Part shown: positions 49,750 to 59,612 of the stretch, in pieces
Layout of the letters: every line of letters begins with the position of its first letter
Position numbering within the stretch: the first letter of the stretch is position 1
Notes under the pieces: model-generated
Told to the model about the DNA's origin: nothing
The model's database searches: none
Seen by the model: the letters and a program-made list of their open reading frames with translations, nothing else
Program-made: the position numbers and the translations under genes
NCBI GenBank assembly: GCA_900551865.1
Contig: URXV01000008.1
Coordinates: forward strand, 1,415-65,414
Length of the DNA: 64,000 bases
Source: an uncultured Rickettsiales bacterium
GTDB taxonomy: Bacteria; Pseudomonadota; Alphaproteobacteria; RF32; CAG-239
Direction of reading: 5' to 3'

Positions 49750-50466
49750 TCACCGGCAGACTCTTGCCACAGTCAAAGCGTCAACAGATTTTGCTCCTGC
49801 TTTTTTTAAGGCTTTGGCGCATTCTTTCAGGGTTGAGCCTGTTGTAAACACGTCATCAATAAGAACAATGCGCTTTCCTTTGATGTTTTCGGGATGGGCA
49901 ACTTCAAAGGCATTTCGAACGTTTTTCAGCCGTTGTTTGCCGCTGCAATGAACCTGCGGCAGCGTGTGGCGGGTTTTCTTCAGCGATTTGTAATCGGCAG
50001 GAATACCGCATAATTTGGATAAGCCGGCGCTTAAAACGGCAGATTGATTATATTTTCTTTTAAACATGCGGGTATAATGCAACGGAACAGGAATAATCAG
50101 GTCGACTCCGGTATTAAAAATATCTTTTCCAGCCATATACAGCCACCGCGCCAATAACATTTTATTTTCTACATGATCAAAAAACTTAAAGTCCAAAATT
50201 AATTTTTTTGAATGGTCATTGTATTCAACGGCCGCCCGGCACAGACGAAAAGGAGTTCTTTTACTGAGGCATTCCGCACAGTAATAAGTGCCGTTAACCG
50301 TTTCGGGAAAAGGTCTGCCGCATTTCTTGCAGTAAGGCCTGCTGATAAAGTCGATTTTAGTAAAACAGTCGGAACATAAGCTATTATCGGAGTGAATTTC
50401 TTTTCCGCACAATAAACAACGCGGCGGCAGCAAGATATCTAACAGTAAACGCAGCCACTTCGTCAT
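49750..50466 (-). CDS. comF: ComF-family phosphoribosyltransferase-domain protein
   Basis: N-terminal double zinc ribbon (PPRCLLCG...CSDC...CKKCGRPF...YCAEC). C-terminal PRTase motif RIVLIDDVFTTGSTL. Confidence 0.8.
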   Translation of the reverse strand: MTKWLRLLLDILLPPRCLLCGKEIHSDNSLCSDCFTKIDFISRPYCKKCGRPFPETVNGTYYCAECLSKRTPFRLCRAAVEYNDHSKKLILDFKFFDHVENKMLLARWLYMAGKDIFNTGVDLIIPVPLHYTRMFKRKYNQSAVLSAGLSKLCGIPADYKSLKKTRHTLPQVHCSGKQRLKNVRNAFEVAHPENIKGKRIVLIDDVFTTGSTLKECAKALKKAGAKSVDALTVARVCR

Positions 50467-51329
50467 AACTGCATAAGTTCATTTTTTAGCAAATTGATAT
50501 CGTCGACGACAATCATGCCGGCTTTCTGGAGAATGCTTTTTTTATCCTCGGCCGTAGTTATGCCGCGGCATAAAATTTCCGGAGCCAGGCCTTTGTTATC
50601 GGACAAAGGCGTCGGGTCATCAAGAATTAGGGCAATTATCGGCTTTTTCTTATTTTGCGCCATATAAAATTCTGCCGCTTCAATTTCATAATTTCCGCCG
50701 ATTCCACCAATTAAGATAATTGCTTTGGTATCCTCATCGTTGTTGAACTGTTTGATTATTTCAACAAAACTCGTTCCCAGAATAACATCATCGCCCAAAC
50801 CAATAACGGTAGATTCGCCAAATCCGGCTTTGTTTATTTCGAGAACAACTTCATAAGTCAAAGTTGACGAACGGGATATGATGCCAATATTGCCGCCTTT
50901 ATGGATACTGTCGGGAAAAATACCCATGTATGCTTCCTGTGGTGTAATAACCCCCGGCGTATTGGGGCCGATAAGAATGGTAGGTGATTGCTGGAGCTCA
51001 TGTTTTATCTCCATCATATCGCTGACGGGAATACCGGAAGTAATCACAACGACCAGTTTTAATCCGGCGTGGATAGCCTCCAAAATAGCGGTTTTGGCAT
51101 ATTTTGCCGGCACAAACACAATCGACGCCTCAGCACCGGTTTTGTCTTTCGCCTCTTGTACGGTTCCGAACAAGGGAACGCCCAGATAAGAGCTTTCATT
51201 CTTATTCGGAACAACGCCTGCCACAATTTGTGTGCCATACTTCATCGCCCTTTGAATGTGGAAAGAAGCCTGTGTTCCGGTAATGCCCTGAACCATTATT
51301 TTCGTGTTTTTGCTAACGAGTACCGCCAT
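50463..51329 (-). CDS. Succinyl-CoA synthetase alpha-subunit homolog lacking the catalytic histidine
   Basis: Colinear with SucD: NTKIMVQGITGTQ, GPNTPGVITP, ISRSSTLTYE. The GHAGA phosphohistidine loop reads KGLAPEIL (Leu248, codon 50586-50588), and GEIGG reads GGIGG. Confidence 0.8.
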   Translation of the reverse strand: MAVLVSKNTKIMVQGITGTQASFHIQRAMKYGTQIVAGVVPNKNESSYLGVPLFGTVQEAKDKTGAEASIVFVPAKYAKTAILEAIHAGLKLVVVITSGIPVSDMMEIKHELQQSPTILIGPNTPGVITPQEAYMGIFPDSIHKGGNIGIISRSSTLTYEVVLEINKAGFGESTVIGLGDDVILGTSFVEIIKQFNNDEDTKAIILIGGIGGNYEIEAAEFYMAQNKKKPIIALILDDPTPLSDNKGLAPEILCRGITTAEDKKSILQKAGMIVVDDINLLKNELMQL

Positions 51330-52537
51330 TACAAATCCTCCTCAATAGCACTTTTTAAGAGTGTAAGTCCTTCAAGCGTATCAGAAGCAATAGACAAAGG
51401 CAGTCCGGATTTTTGTAAAATTTCAGTAGCCTCGTTTTTATTTGTCCCTTCAAAACGTACAACCAGAGGAATGTTAAGCCCTAAATCGTTTGCAACGGTA
51501 ATTATGCCGTCCGCAATAAGATTGCAGCGTAAAAAACCGCCGAGAATGTTTATAAGGATGCCGTCAACTTTGGGATTTGTCATAATAAGTTTTATACTTG
51601 CGGCGATTTTATCCCTGTCAACGCCGCCTTTTAAATTAAGAAAACATGCTGTTTCCATGCCCATTTTTTGAGCTTGATTGATTGTACTTAATGCGAGTCC
51701 GTCGCCATTGACGATGATACCTATGCCGCTTTCCAGTTCTTTATATTGAAAACCGTATTTTGCAGCAGTCAACTCTCTTTCTTCCGTTTCAGAATCGTCC
51801 GACATCTTTACAATATCCGGATGTCTGTATAAAGCATTGCCGTCAAAGATGATTTTGGCATCGAGTGCCCAGATGTCCCCGTTCTTGCTGATGCCAATCG
51901 GATTAATCTCAAGCATGGTCGCGTCATAACTGTAAAATACTTTCAGCATTCTGTTCAAAAACGCTTTTAAACCGGTTGTATTAAGCTGGGTTTGCATAAA
52001 ATCCGTAATTAAGGATAACTGCTCATGTTTTATTTCCTTCTGCAGCCCCAGATTTATTTTTAATAATTTGTCAGGATGGTCAATAGCCAGTTTGACAATG
52101 TCGTCATCATCTTTCTCTGTAACCGGCGCTATCAACAGGACAGTTGATGCTGCTACCCAGTCCACAACAAGCCCCAGATAAAATTTTTTCACGGTTTTTA
52201 TAAATTCTTCAACATACACTCTGCTGACAAGTCGTCCCTTGGCGCCGGTTTGGTTCGTAACCAAAAGGTTTTCCAACATTTCATCGGCATTTTCATAAAC
52301 CTCATCCAAAGTTTTGGAAAGTCTGATTCCTCCCTTGCGTCCGGCTCTCTTGTCTGAAAACTTCCCTACATCACGGGAACCGGCCTGAATTTGTGCTTTA
52401 ACAACCCACGGACCGAACTCTGATATCTTTTCTGCTGCACTTTTGGCTTCCGCAGGCGTATACGCCACCAAACCGTATGGAACGTTAATTCCGGCTTTCT
52501 TAAAAATCTTTTTGGCCTGATATTCGTGAATATTCAT
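51329..52537 (-). CDS. Succinyl-CoA synthetase beta-subunit (ATP-grasp) homolog, divergent
   Basis: MNIHEYQAKKIF, GPWVVKAQ, MLEINP, NGDGLAL and NILGGFLRCNLIADGI are colinear with SucC. There is an insertion in the glycine-rich loop (AGSRDVGKFSDKRAGRKGG). TAATG stop/start overlap with the alpha homolog. Confidence 0.8.
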   Translation of the reverse strand: MNIHEYQAKKIFKKAGINVPYGLVAYTPAEAKSAAEKISEFGPWVVKAQIQAGSRDVGKFSDKRAGRKGGIRLSKTLDEVYENADEMLENLLVTNQTGAKGRLVSRVYVEEFIKTVKKFYLGLVVDWVAASTVLLIAPVTEKDDDDIVKLAIDHPDKLLKINLGLQKEIKHEQLSLITDFMQTQLNTTGLKAFLNRMLKVFYSYDATMLEINPIGISKNGDIWALDAKIIFDGNALYRHPDIVKMSDDSETEERELTAAKYGFQYKELESGIGIIVNGDGLALSTINQAQKMGMETACFLNLKGGVDRDKIAASIKLIMTNPKVDGILINILGGFLRCNLIADGIITVANDLGLNIPLVVRFEGTNKNEATEILQKSGLPLSIASDTLEGLTLLKSAIEEDL

Positions 52538-52946
52538 TCTGTCCCTTTAGTGCTTGTGCGGCATAATATTTAATCTTGTCTACCATTGAAAGCATACCGC
52601 TGCGCCGATTGGGCGTAATATGCTCTCTCAATCCCATTTTATCAAAAATTTCTTCAACATCAATATCTAAAATTTCTTGTGCAGACTTATCTTTAAATAT
52701 TTCCAGAACGACGGCAATAATTCCGCGGACGATAATGGCATCGCTGTCACCTTCAAAACTGATGCCGTTTTCACTATAATGAGGGATAATCCAAACCTGG
52801 GATTGGCAGCCGGGAACTTTCCATTCGTCTTTTTTTTGCTCATCGCTGAAACGGGGAAGCTGGTTGCCAAGTTCTATAAGATATTTATAGCGGTCTTCCC
52901 AGCCATCCAAAAATGAAAAATCGTCAATTAAGCTTTCAATACTCAT
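52500..52946 (-). CDS. sufE: Cysteine desulfuration protein SufE
   Basis: SufE/CsdE pattern: FLDGWEDRYKYLIELGNQLP...VPGCQSQVWI (active-site Cys). The 3' end overlaps the sucC-like start by 38 nt. Confidence 0.85.
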   Translation of the reverse strand: MSIESLIDDFSFLDGWEDRYKYLIELGNQLPRFSDEQKKDEWKVPGCQSQVWIIPHYSENGISFEGDSDAIIVRGIIAVVLEIFKDKSAQEILDIDVEEIFDKMGLREHITPNRRSGMLSMVDKIKYYAAQALKGQNEYSRISGQKDF

Positions 52947-52961
52947 CTGCCGTATCCTTTG

Positions 52962-53387
52962 CTAAATCATTTCCAACATCATTCTGGCATCATCACTCAG
53001 TCTTTCAAGCGTCCATGCCGGTTCCCAGACAACTTCGACCTCCACTTTCCCGACTCCGGGAATTCCGGCAGTTGCATCGGCAACCTGTTGCGGTAAAATT
53101 CCGGCAACAGGGCAGCCGGGAGCAGTCAGGGACATATCTATATGCAAATTGCCGCAGTCTTCTTGATTTATTTTATAAATAAGCCCGAGGTCATAAACAT
53201 TGATTGGTATTTCGGGGTCAAATACGGTTTTTATTGCTTCTACGATATCGTACATCTTCGCTTTTGTTTGGCCAACGGCAAGTTCTTGTCCTGCGTATGC
53301 CTTATAAACAGGCAGTTCTTCAATACTCATCGCATCAAGGAGCTGTGCTTCGGTTTCGTCAATCAGTTCTTCGGTATTATCAGTCAT
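52962..53387 (-). CDS. DUF59/MIP18-family Fe-S assembly protein (SufT-like)
   Basis: IVEAIKTVFDPEIPINVYDLGLIY...MSLTAPGCPVAG is a typical DUF59 core. The ATG at 53387 is preferred. The track used a TTG at 53405. Confidence 0.8.
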   Translation of the reverse strand: MTDNTEELIDETEAQLLDAMSIEELPVYKAYAGQELAVGQTKAKMYDIVEAIKTVFDPEIPINVYDLGLIYKINQEDCGNLHIDMSLTAPGCPVAGILPQQVADATAGIPGVGKVEVEVVWEPAWTLERLSDDARMMLEMI

Positions 53388-53397
53388 CGTTTTTCTT

Positions 53398-54615
53398 TTA
53401 ACCAAAAAATTCCTTTGCTTTGTACAAAGCTTTTATAAATTCATCAATATCTTCTTTTATGGTATAAATGCCCAAAGAGGCTCTGGCAAGAGAGGTGTAT
53501 CCCAGATAATTGACCAGCGGTTCGGCACAAAAATGCCCTGTCCGGATTGCAATTCCCTCTTTTCCTAAAATAAAAGCCAAATCCTGCGGGTGTATACCAT
53601 CTATGGCGAATGAAAAAACACCGCCCTTTTCTTTTGCCGTTCCTAAAATCTTAAGCCCGTTTATTTCTGACATTCGCCTTGTTGCATAATCCGTCAGATT
53701 GTTTTCATATTCTTCAATCTCACTAAAGTCAAACTGCATAAGATAGTTTAATGAAGCACCTAAGCCGATAGCCTGTACGATAGCAGGAGTTCCGGCTTCA
53801 AAACGGGCAGGAGGGTTTGTAAAAGATGTTTTTTCATAGCTGACATGTTCAATCATATCACCGCCGTACTGATAAGGCGGCATATCGGCGAGCAAATCAT
53901 ATTTGCCGTAAAGGATGCCGATACCCGTAGGTCCGTATACCTTATGTCCGGAAAATGCCAGAAAATCACAGTTAAAATCTTTCACGTCTATTTTTTTATG
54001 TACCGCAAATTGACAGGCGTCTATTAATACCTTTGCGCCGATATTATGCGCTGCAGTACAAATCTTTTTTACCGGGAAAACTGTTCCCAAAACATTAGAC
54101 ATTGCTGTAACGGCGACAATTTTGGTATTTTCATGCAGCGAGTCGGTAAATTTATTCCACGAAAAACTTCCGTCTTCTTCCAAATCAAAATAAACCAGTT
54201 TTGCGCCGGTCTTGGCTGCCCATTGCTGCCACGTTACCAGATTGGCATGATGCTCGGCACGGGAGAGGAGAATTTCGTCGCCCGGTTTTAATGTCATTGC
54301 CCCGAAAGTCGCTGCAACCAAGTTAATTCCTTCCGTTGCGCTGCGGGTAAAAATAATTTCTTCAGGTTTTTCCGCATTAATGAAACGTGCGGCAGATTTT
54401 CTGGCATCTTCATAATTCTCGGTTGCTTTTTCTGAAAGCCAGTAGCTTCCGCGGTGAACGTTTGCATATTCGTCTAAATACGCCTTTCGGATTTCTTCCA
54501 GCATCACTAATGGCTTTTGCGCCGATGCTGCCGTGTCCAGATATGTATTGCGTTTCCCTTCTATCAGTCTGTCCAGAATGGGAAAATCTTTTCTGATTTT
54601 ATATGCATCAAACAT
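53398..54615 (-). CDS. sufS: Cysteine desulfurase SufS (class V aminotransferase, group II)
   Basis: IRKDFPIL, YLDTAASAQKP, PLP-lysine FSGHKVYGPTGIGILYG, and active-site RTGHFCAEP. Start moved to ATG 54615 (MFDAYK...). Confidence 0.9.
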   Translation of the reverse strand: MFDAYKIRKDFPILDRLIEGKRNTYLDTAASAQKPLVMLEEIRKAYLDEYANVHRGSYWLSEKATENYEDARKSAARFINAEKPEEIIFTRSATEGINLVAATFGAMTLKPGDEILLSRAEHHANLVTWQQWAAKTGAKLVYFDLEEDGSFSWNKFTDSLHENTKIVAVTAMSNVLGTVFPVKKICTAAHNIGAKVLIDACQFAVHKKIDVKDFNCDFLAFSGHKVYGPTGIGILYGKYDLLADMPPYQYGGDMIEHVSYEKTSFTNPPARFEAGTPAIVQAIGLGASLNYLMQFDFSEIEEYENNLTDYATRRMSEINGLKILGTAKEKGGVFSFAIDGIHPQDLAFILGKEGIAIRTGHFCAEPLVNYLGYTSLARASLGIYTIKEDIDEFIKALYKAKEFFG

Positions 54616-54695
54616 GTTATTACCCCAAAAAATTAGAGATAAGATAAATCCTATCTCTAATTTTTTCAACCTCAAAACTATTTAAAACGAACTAA

Positions 54696-55148
54696 TTATT
54701 CAATAATCATTGCCGTTAATTCTGCTTCTGAGGCAACCTGCCCGTCAACCATGGCTGTTCCCTTGAATACAAAGATATTCCGGCGGGCTTTAATCTTTTC
54801 TACATGGATTCTCAACTGGTCTCCCGGTTTTACCTGTTTTCTGAATTTAACCCCGTCAATACCCATAAACAAAACCGAGCGCTTGGATTCGGCGTAATTT
54901 TCATCTTTCGATATAACCGCAATGCCTGCTGCCTGTGCCATTGCTTCAATCTGCAAAACGCCCGGCATAATCGGATTTCCCGGAAAATGCCCTTGGAAAA
55001 ATTCTTCGTTCATTGTAACGTTTTTAATACCGACGCCTTTTTCTCCCGGTACCTCTACCTCAAAACGGTCAACCAGCAAAAAGGGATATCTGTGCGGCAG
55101 CATTTTCATAATTTCTTCAATATGATAAACTTTCACGATTTCTGACAT
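54696..55148 (-). CDS. fabZ: 3-hydroxyacyl-ACP dehydratase FabZ
   Basis: LPHRYPFLLVDR, FFQGHFPGNPIMPGVLQIEAMAQ. ATG 55148 is preceded by AAGGAG. The longer track ORF overlaps lpxD and is rejected. Confidence 0.95.
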   Translation of the reverse strand: MSEIVKVYHIEEIMKMLPHRYPFLLVDRFEVEVPGEKGVGIKNVTMNEEFFQGHFPGNPIMPGVLQIEAMAQAAGIAVISKDENYAESKRSVLFMGIDGVKFRKQVKPGDQLRIHVEKIKARRNIFVFKGTAMVDGQVASEAELTAMIIE

Positions 55149-55164
55149 AATGTAGTCTCCTTTG

Positions 55165-56178
55165 TTATTTTTTACTGTTTTTTTGCAAAAATGCGACCTG
55201 ACGCATAAAATCTTTAAAAGGCACTGTTGGCGTTCCCATAACAATTGCACCGGGCTCAATATCCCGCATAACGCCGGATTGCGCTCCGATTTGTGCCCCG
55301 CTGCCGACATTCAGGTGGTCGGCAAAACCCGTCTGTCCTCCGCACACGACATAATCGCCAAACGTGCAGCTTCCTGCAATTCCCGTTTGGGCAACCAGTA
55401 TGCAGTAATTTCCGATTTTGTCATTATGCGCAATTTGCACCAGATTATCGACACGGCAGCCGTTTCCGATAATCGTGTCGTCTAAAGCACCCCGGTCAAT
55501 ACAGGTGTTTGCGCCGATTTCAACGTCATTGCCGATGATAACGCGTCCGATTTGTGGGATTCTCTTATGCTGCCCGTCAACAACAGAAAAACCAAATCCG
55601 TCTTGTCCGATTCGTGCCCCCGTATAAATATAACAGTCGTTTCCCATCAGGCAGTAAGCTATACTCGCATTATTGCCGATTCGGCAGTTGTTGCCAATCT
55701 TACAGCCTCTGGAAATAACCGCATTAGCTTCTATGATACAGTCATCGCCGATAGTCACGTCGTCTTCAATAACGGCATGCGGACCGATAAAACAACCCTT
55801 GCCTATTTTTGCCGTTTTGGCGATTACGGCACTTTCTGCGATACCGGGAGCAGGCTTGTGCTCGGAATAAAAAGCGCTGACTAACCGGATAAACGAAAGT
55901 TTGGGATTGCTGCTGGTCAGAACAATAACGCCTTCGGGAATGAGGTGCGCCAGCTCTTCTGTCGAAATACAGGCTTTCGCCTTAATTCCGGCTGCTTTAT
56001 CCTTATTTTTCCTGTCATAAAAGAAACACAAATCTTCACTGCCGGCGCTTTCAATGGAGCAGATATTTTCAATAAGCTCATTTTCTTTTCCGGCGGTTAC
56101 CAGTTCTGCCTCGGCAATCCGGGCAATTTCCCTAATGCTTTTTTTGCCGCTGTAATTATAAAAAACAGTATCAGCCAT
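55165..56178 (-). CDS. lpxD: UDP-3-O-acylglucosamine N-acyltransferase
   Basis: 337 aa. N-terminal LpxD domain, then a long hexapeptide-repeat LbH region ([13 protein letters not shown]..., [16 protein letters not shown]). Located between bamA and fabZ. Confidence 0.9.
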   Translation of the reverse strand: MADTVFYNYSGKKSIREIARIAEAELVTAGKENELIENICSIESAGSEDLCFFYDRKNKDKAAGIKAKACISTEELAHLIPEGVIVLTSSNPKLSFIRLVSAFYSEHKPAPGIAESAVIAKTAKIGKGCFIGPHAVIEDDVTIGDDCIIEANAVISRGCKIGNNCRIGNNASIAYCLMGNDCYIYTGARIGQDGFGFSVVDGQHKRIPQIGRVIIGNDVEIGANTCIDRGALDDTIIGNGCRVDNLVQIAHNDKIGNYCILVAQTGIAGSCTFGDYVVCGGQTGFADHLNVGSGAQIGAQSGVMRDIEPGAIVMGTPTVPFKDFMRQVAFLQKNSKK

Positions 56179-56192
56179 TATTTATTCCTTCA

Positions 56193-58445
56193 TTACAAAC
56201 TTGTACCAAAGTTCAAACGGAATACTTCTGTTTCATCGTAATCCTGCTTAACAATCGGGAAACCGAAGTCGATATCGATTTTACCCATCGGTGATGTCCA
56301 CTCGAAACCAAAACCAATGGCAACACGCGGGCTGGAGGAATAGTCGACATCGGAAGTGTTAATGTTGTCCGGCTTGCCTGTTGTACCGACGTCAACAAAT
56401 GTCCGGCCTCTGATGCCGAGTTCATCCAATCCCATCGGGAAAGCCAATTCGGCACCTCCGTACAGCATCCAGTTGCCGCCCAATGCGTCTTTGGTAACTT
56501 TATCGCGTGCACTGATACCGCCGGTTTCAAAACCGCGCATTGTATTGCCGCCGAGGAAATAACGCTGTGCCAGACGGACGTCTTCCCCGCCGTAACCGGC
56601 AATATATCCGCCGTTGATGAAGAACTTAAAGGTGTAATAGTCAGACAACGTATAGAATTTATATGCTTTCGCGTCAAATTTCAAATATTTGTCATCGCCG
56701 CCCAAGCCGGAAATATCGTTGCCGAATGAAAGGTAATAACCCTCACGCGGCTTCATAATATTGTCGCGTTTGTCATAAACGATAGTCTGCCCGATAACGG
56801 AGTCGATAGCGTCGCCTTCTTCTTCCTGAATATATTTGGACGCGCTGCTGACATTTTTAATTTTATCCTGTTTCAGGGTATAACGGACATACTGGCTTAA
56901 ATCGTCGGTATAATTCCAGCCGAAGCGTAATCTGCCGCCCATGGTATCCATATCGTAGTTGCTCTCGTCCTGATAATCTTCAGTCTGATAGAACAAGTCT
57001 GTACCTGCACTGAGACGGCGATCCATAAAGTACGGTTCGGTAAAGCTGAAACTGTAATCGGTCGAACGTTGTGAAACGCCCGCATTCAAACTGACCTGCT
57101 GACCTTTGCCGAGGAAGTTGTTTTCGGTAATTCCTGCGCGGATTAATGCCCCGTTAACGGTAGAATAGCCGACGCCGACATTGAAATAGCCCGTCGATTT
57201 TTCTTCGACATTAACATTAATGTCTGCTTTGTCGTAATCAACGCGTTCGGTATCAATGTCTACCTTGCTGAAATAATTCAGCCGTTCGACGTTTCTTCTC
57301 GATTCCCTTATCTTGGCGACGTTGAAAACATTGCCTTCGGAAATGCGAAATTCGCGTCTGATAACCTCGTCAAGCGTTCTGGTATTGCCTGTAATATTGA
57401 TTCTGTTTACGAAAACTTTTGCATTTTCTTTAATATCGAAAACAACACTGAGTTTTCCTGTTTCTCTGTCTTTGTAAATATTGGGAACAACCTCGACAAA
57501 AACAAAACCTTTGCGGGAAAGCTCCTCGGTCAGAGCATTGACTGTTTTTTCTATTTCATCGGAGTTGTACCAGTTTCCTGTTTTGAATGTAACATATTTG
57601 TACCATTGGTTGGCATCAATATCCGGTACTGTCGATTTAATCTGAATATCATTAATGGTATAACGCTTTCCTTCGTCAATCGTAAAGGTAAGGATAAAAG
57701 AAGTTTTATCTCTGGACAGTTCGGCGATTGCTGAAACAACGGCAAAATCGGCATATCCGTGCCGGTTGTAGAAACGCCGCAGCAATTCTTGGTCATAGTT
57801 CATTTTTTCACGGTCAAAATTTTCCGCATTTGAAAACAGTCTGTACCAGCGGCTTTCTTTGCTCATAATTTCGCTTTGCAGGTCTTTTCCCGTATAGTGC
57901 TTGTTGCCGATAAAGTTAATGGTGTCAATTTTTGCTTCCGGGCCTTCTTCAATCTCAAAAATCAAATCTACGCGGTTTTCTGATTTTTTAATAATTTTCG
58001 GCTCAACAGATACGCCATATCTCCCGGCACGCTTATAGACGTCCAAAATTCTCTGAACGTCTTGTTGAACTTTGGCTTTGCTGAAAACTGAGCGGGGAGC
58101 GGACTGGACTTCCGATTCAAGAATTTTATCGTCAATCTTGTCATTGCCGTCAAAGGCCATGACGCCGATTACCGGATTCTCCTTAACGTTAATGACAAGC
58201 GTATTGCCTTTGGTGTCGAAACTGATGTCGCTGAACAGGCCCGTATCATATAACCGTTTCAAAGCCTCGTTAAGCTCTTCGGTCGAAACCGGCTTGTTTG
58301 TATTGATGCCCGCATAAGACAAGGCCGTTTCTTTCTCTACGCGTTGAAGTCCGTTAATGTTAATGTTGCTGATAACTCCCTGCGCCATGGCATTAGAACA
58401 AACGGCCAGTGCCAGCAACGAAATCCCCGCTAATTTAAACTTCAT
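56193..58445 (-). CDS. bamA: Outer membrane protein assembly factor BamA
   Basis: 750 aa. Signal peptide, POTRA repeats (I..I.I.GN......I), and a C-terminal Omp85 barrel ending FRLNFGTSL. Confidence 0.95.
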   Translation of the reverse strand: MKFKLAGISLLALAVCSNAMAQGVISNININGLQRVEKETALSYAGINTNKPVSTEELNEALKRLYDTGLFSDISFDTKGNTLVINVKENPVIGVMAFDGNDKIDDKILESEVQSAPRSVFSKAKVQQDVQRILDVYKRAGRYGVSVEPKIIKKSENRVDLIFEIEEGPEAKIDTINFIGNKHYTGKDLQSEIMSKESRWYRLFSNAENFDREKMNYDQELLRRFYNRHGYADFAVVSAIAELSRDKTSFILTFTIDEGKRYTINDIQIKSTVPDIDANQWYKYVTFKTGNWYNSDEIEKTVNALTEELSRKGFVFVEVVPNIYKDRETGKLSVVFDIKENAKVFVNRINITGNTRTLDEVIRREFRISEGNVFNVAKIRESRRNVERLNYFSKVDIDTERVDYDKADINVNVEEKSTGYFNVGVGYSTVNGALIRAGITENNFLGKGQQVSLNAGVSQRSTDYSFSFTEPYFMDRRLSAGTDLFYQTEDYQDESNYDMDTMGGRLRFGWNYTDDLSQYVRYTLKQDKIKNVSSASKYIQEEEGDAIDSVIGQTIVYDKRDNIMKPREGYYLSFGNDISGLGGDDKYLKFDAKAYKFYTLSDYYTFKFFINGGYIAGYGGEDVRLAQRYFLGGNTMRGFETGGISARDKVTKDALGGNWMLYGGAELAFPMGLDELGIRGRTFVDVGTTGKPDNINTSDVDYSSSPRVAIGFGFEWTSPMGKIDIDFGFPIVKQDYDETEVFRLNFGTSL

Positions 58446-58462
58446 TTTTTAATCCTTACAAG

Positions 58463-59599
58463 CTATTCAAACCATCTTGTTATGAGGTGCTTAATATCAT
58501 TCCAGGTTGCAAACACCATCAAAAACAAAATAAAACCAAGGCCTATCTTAAACAAATAATCTCTGAACTTTGTATTAAGCTCCCGCCTTGAAACTATTTC
58601 TAACAAATAAATTACAACATGTCCACCATCTAATACGGGGATTGGGAATAAGTTGATAAGCCCCAGATTAATGGACAACAGCGCCATAAAATATAAAAAG
58701 TCCAATATGCCGCGTGTACGGGATATGTCACCCGACATTTCCGCAATGCGGATAATGCCGCCGACATCTTCGCCGGATCGTTCTCCCGTTATCATCTGCC
58801 CGACGCCCCGTAAAGTCATATCTGTAACGTTGTAGACTTCTTCGGCCGCTTTTTTTACGGAGGCGCCGAAGTTGAAATTATCCTTGATAATTTTAAACTG
58901 CTTTGCTTCTCCCTTAATGCCTATCATTCGGCGCTTAACCGGCTTTTCAGATTCGTCAAAGGCGTATTCCATATCAACCAACGGGACGGTAACGGTAATC
59001 TCTTCGCTGTTTCTCTCAATCTTCATGTTGACATTGTCAATGGCAATACTGACTTCTTTGCTGATGTCCGACCAGTCATTGATTTTGTTGCCGTTGATTT
59101 CAAGAATTTTGTCGCCCTTTATAATGCCGGCCTTTTCCGCAGGGCTTTCTTTGATGACTTCGGAAACAACCGGCGGAATGTCGTAGCTTCCGACAAAATA
59201 AAACAGACCGAAAAAAGTAATAAATGCAAAGAGATAATTAAACAAAGGTCCTGCAATGGCAATCGCCAGTTTTTTATACGGCGTTTGAGTTGCAAAAAGG
59301 TGTTTTTGTTCTTCCTCTGTGTACTTGCTCAAATCGACGTCGGATGTTGACGAGGATTCGTCTGCATCGCCTAAAAACTGGCAATATCCGCCTAACGGTA
59401 TTGCTGAGATTTTCCATACAGTACCTTTTTTGTCCGTGCGGCTCCATAATTCTTTGCCAAACCCGATGGAGAAAGCGCTGACGCTGACCCCCAGGGAACG
59501 GGCAACGATAAAATGGCCGAATTCATGTACAAAAACCAAAACGCCGAGAAGGACAAGAAAGGGGATGACATAATGAATAATATTTAATATCCACTCCAT
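58463..59599 (-). CDS. rseP: RIP metalloprotease RseP (site-2 protease)
   Basis: HEFGHF zinc motif in TM1, a PDZ domain (SPAEKAGIIKGDKILEING), and C-terminal NLFPIPVLDGGH. Confidence 0.9.
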   Translation of the reverse strand: MEWILNIIHYVIPFLVLLGVLVFVHEFGHFIVARSLGVSVSAFSIGFGKELWSRTDKKGTVWKISAIPLGGYCQFLGDADESSSTSDVDLSKYTEEEQKHLFATQTPYKKLAIAIAGPLFNYLFAFITFFGLFYFVGSYDIPPVVSEVIKESPAEKAGIIKGDKILEINGNKINDWSDISKEVSIAIDNVNMKIERNSEEITVTVPLVDMEYAFDESEKPVKRRMIGIKGEAKQFKIIKDNFNFGASVKKAAEEVYNVTDMTLRGVGQMITGERSGEDVGGIIRIAEMSGDISRTRGILDFLYFMALLSINLGLINLFPIPVLDGGHVVIYLLEIVSRRELNTKFRDYLFKIGLGFILFLMVFATWNDIKHLITRWFE

Positions 59600-59612
59600 A
59601 ATTTTGTTCCTT

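Noticed and set aside
51069-51671. 200-aa plus-strand ORF spanning the sucC-like/sucD-like junction
   Set aside because: It is antisense to two genes with full-length colinearity to SucC and SucD, and carries no motifs.
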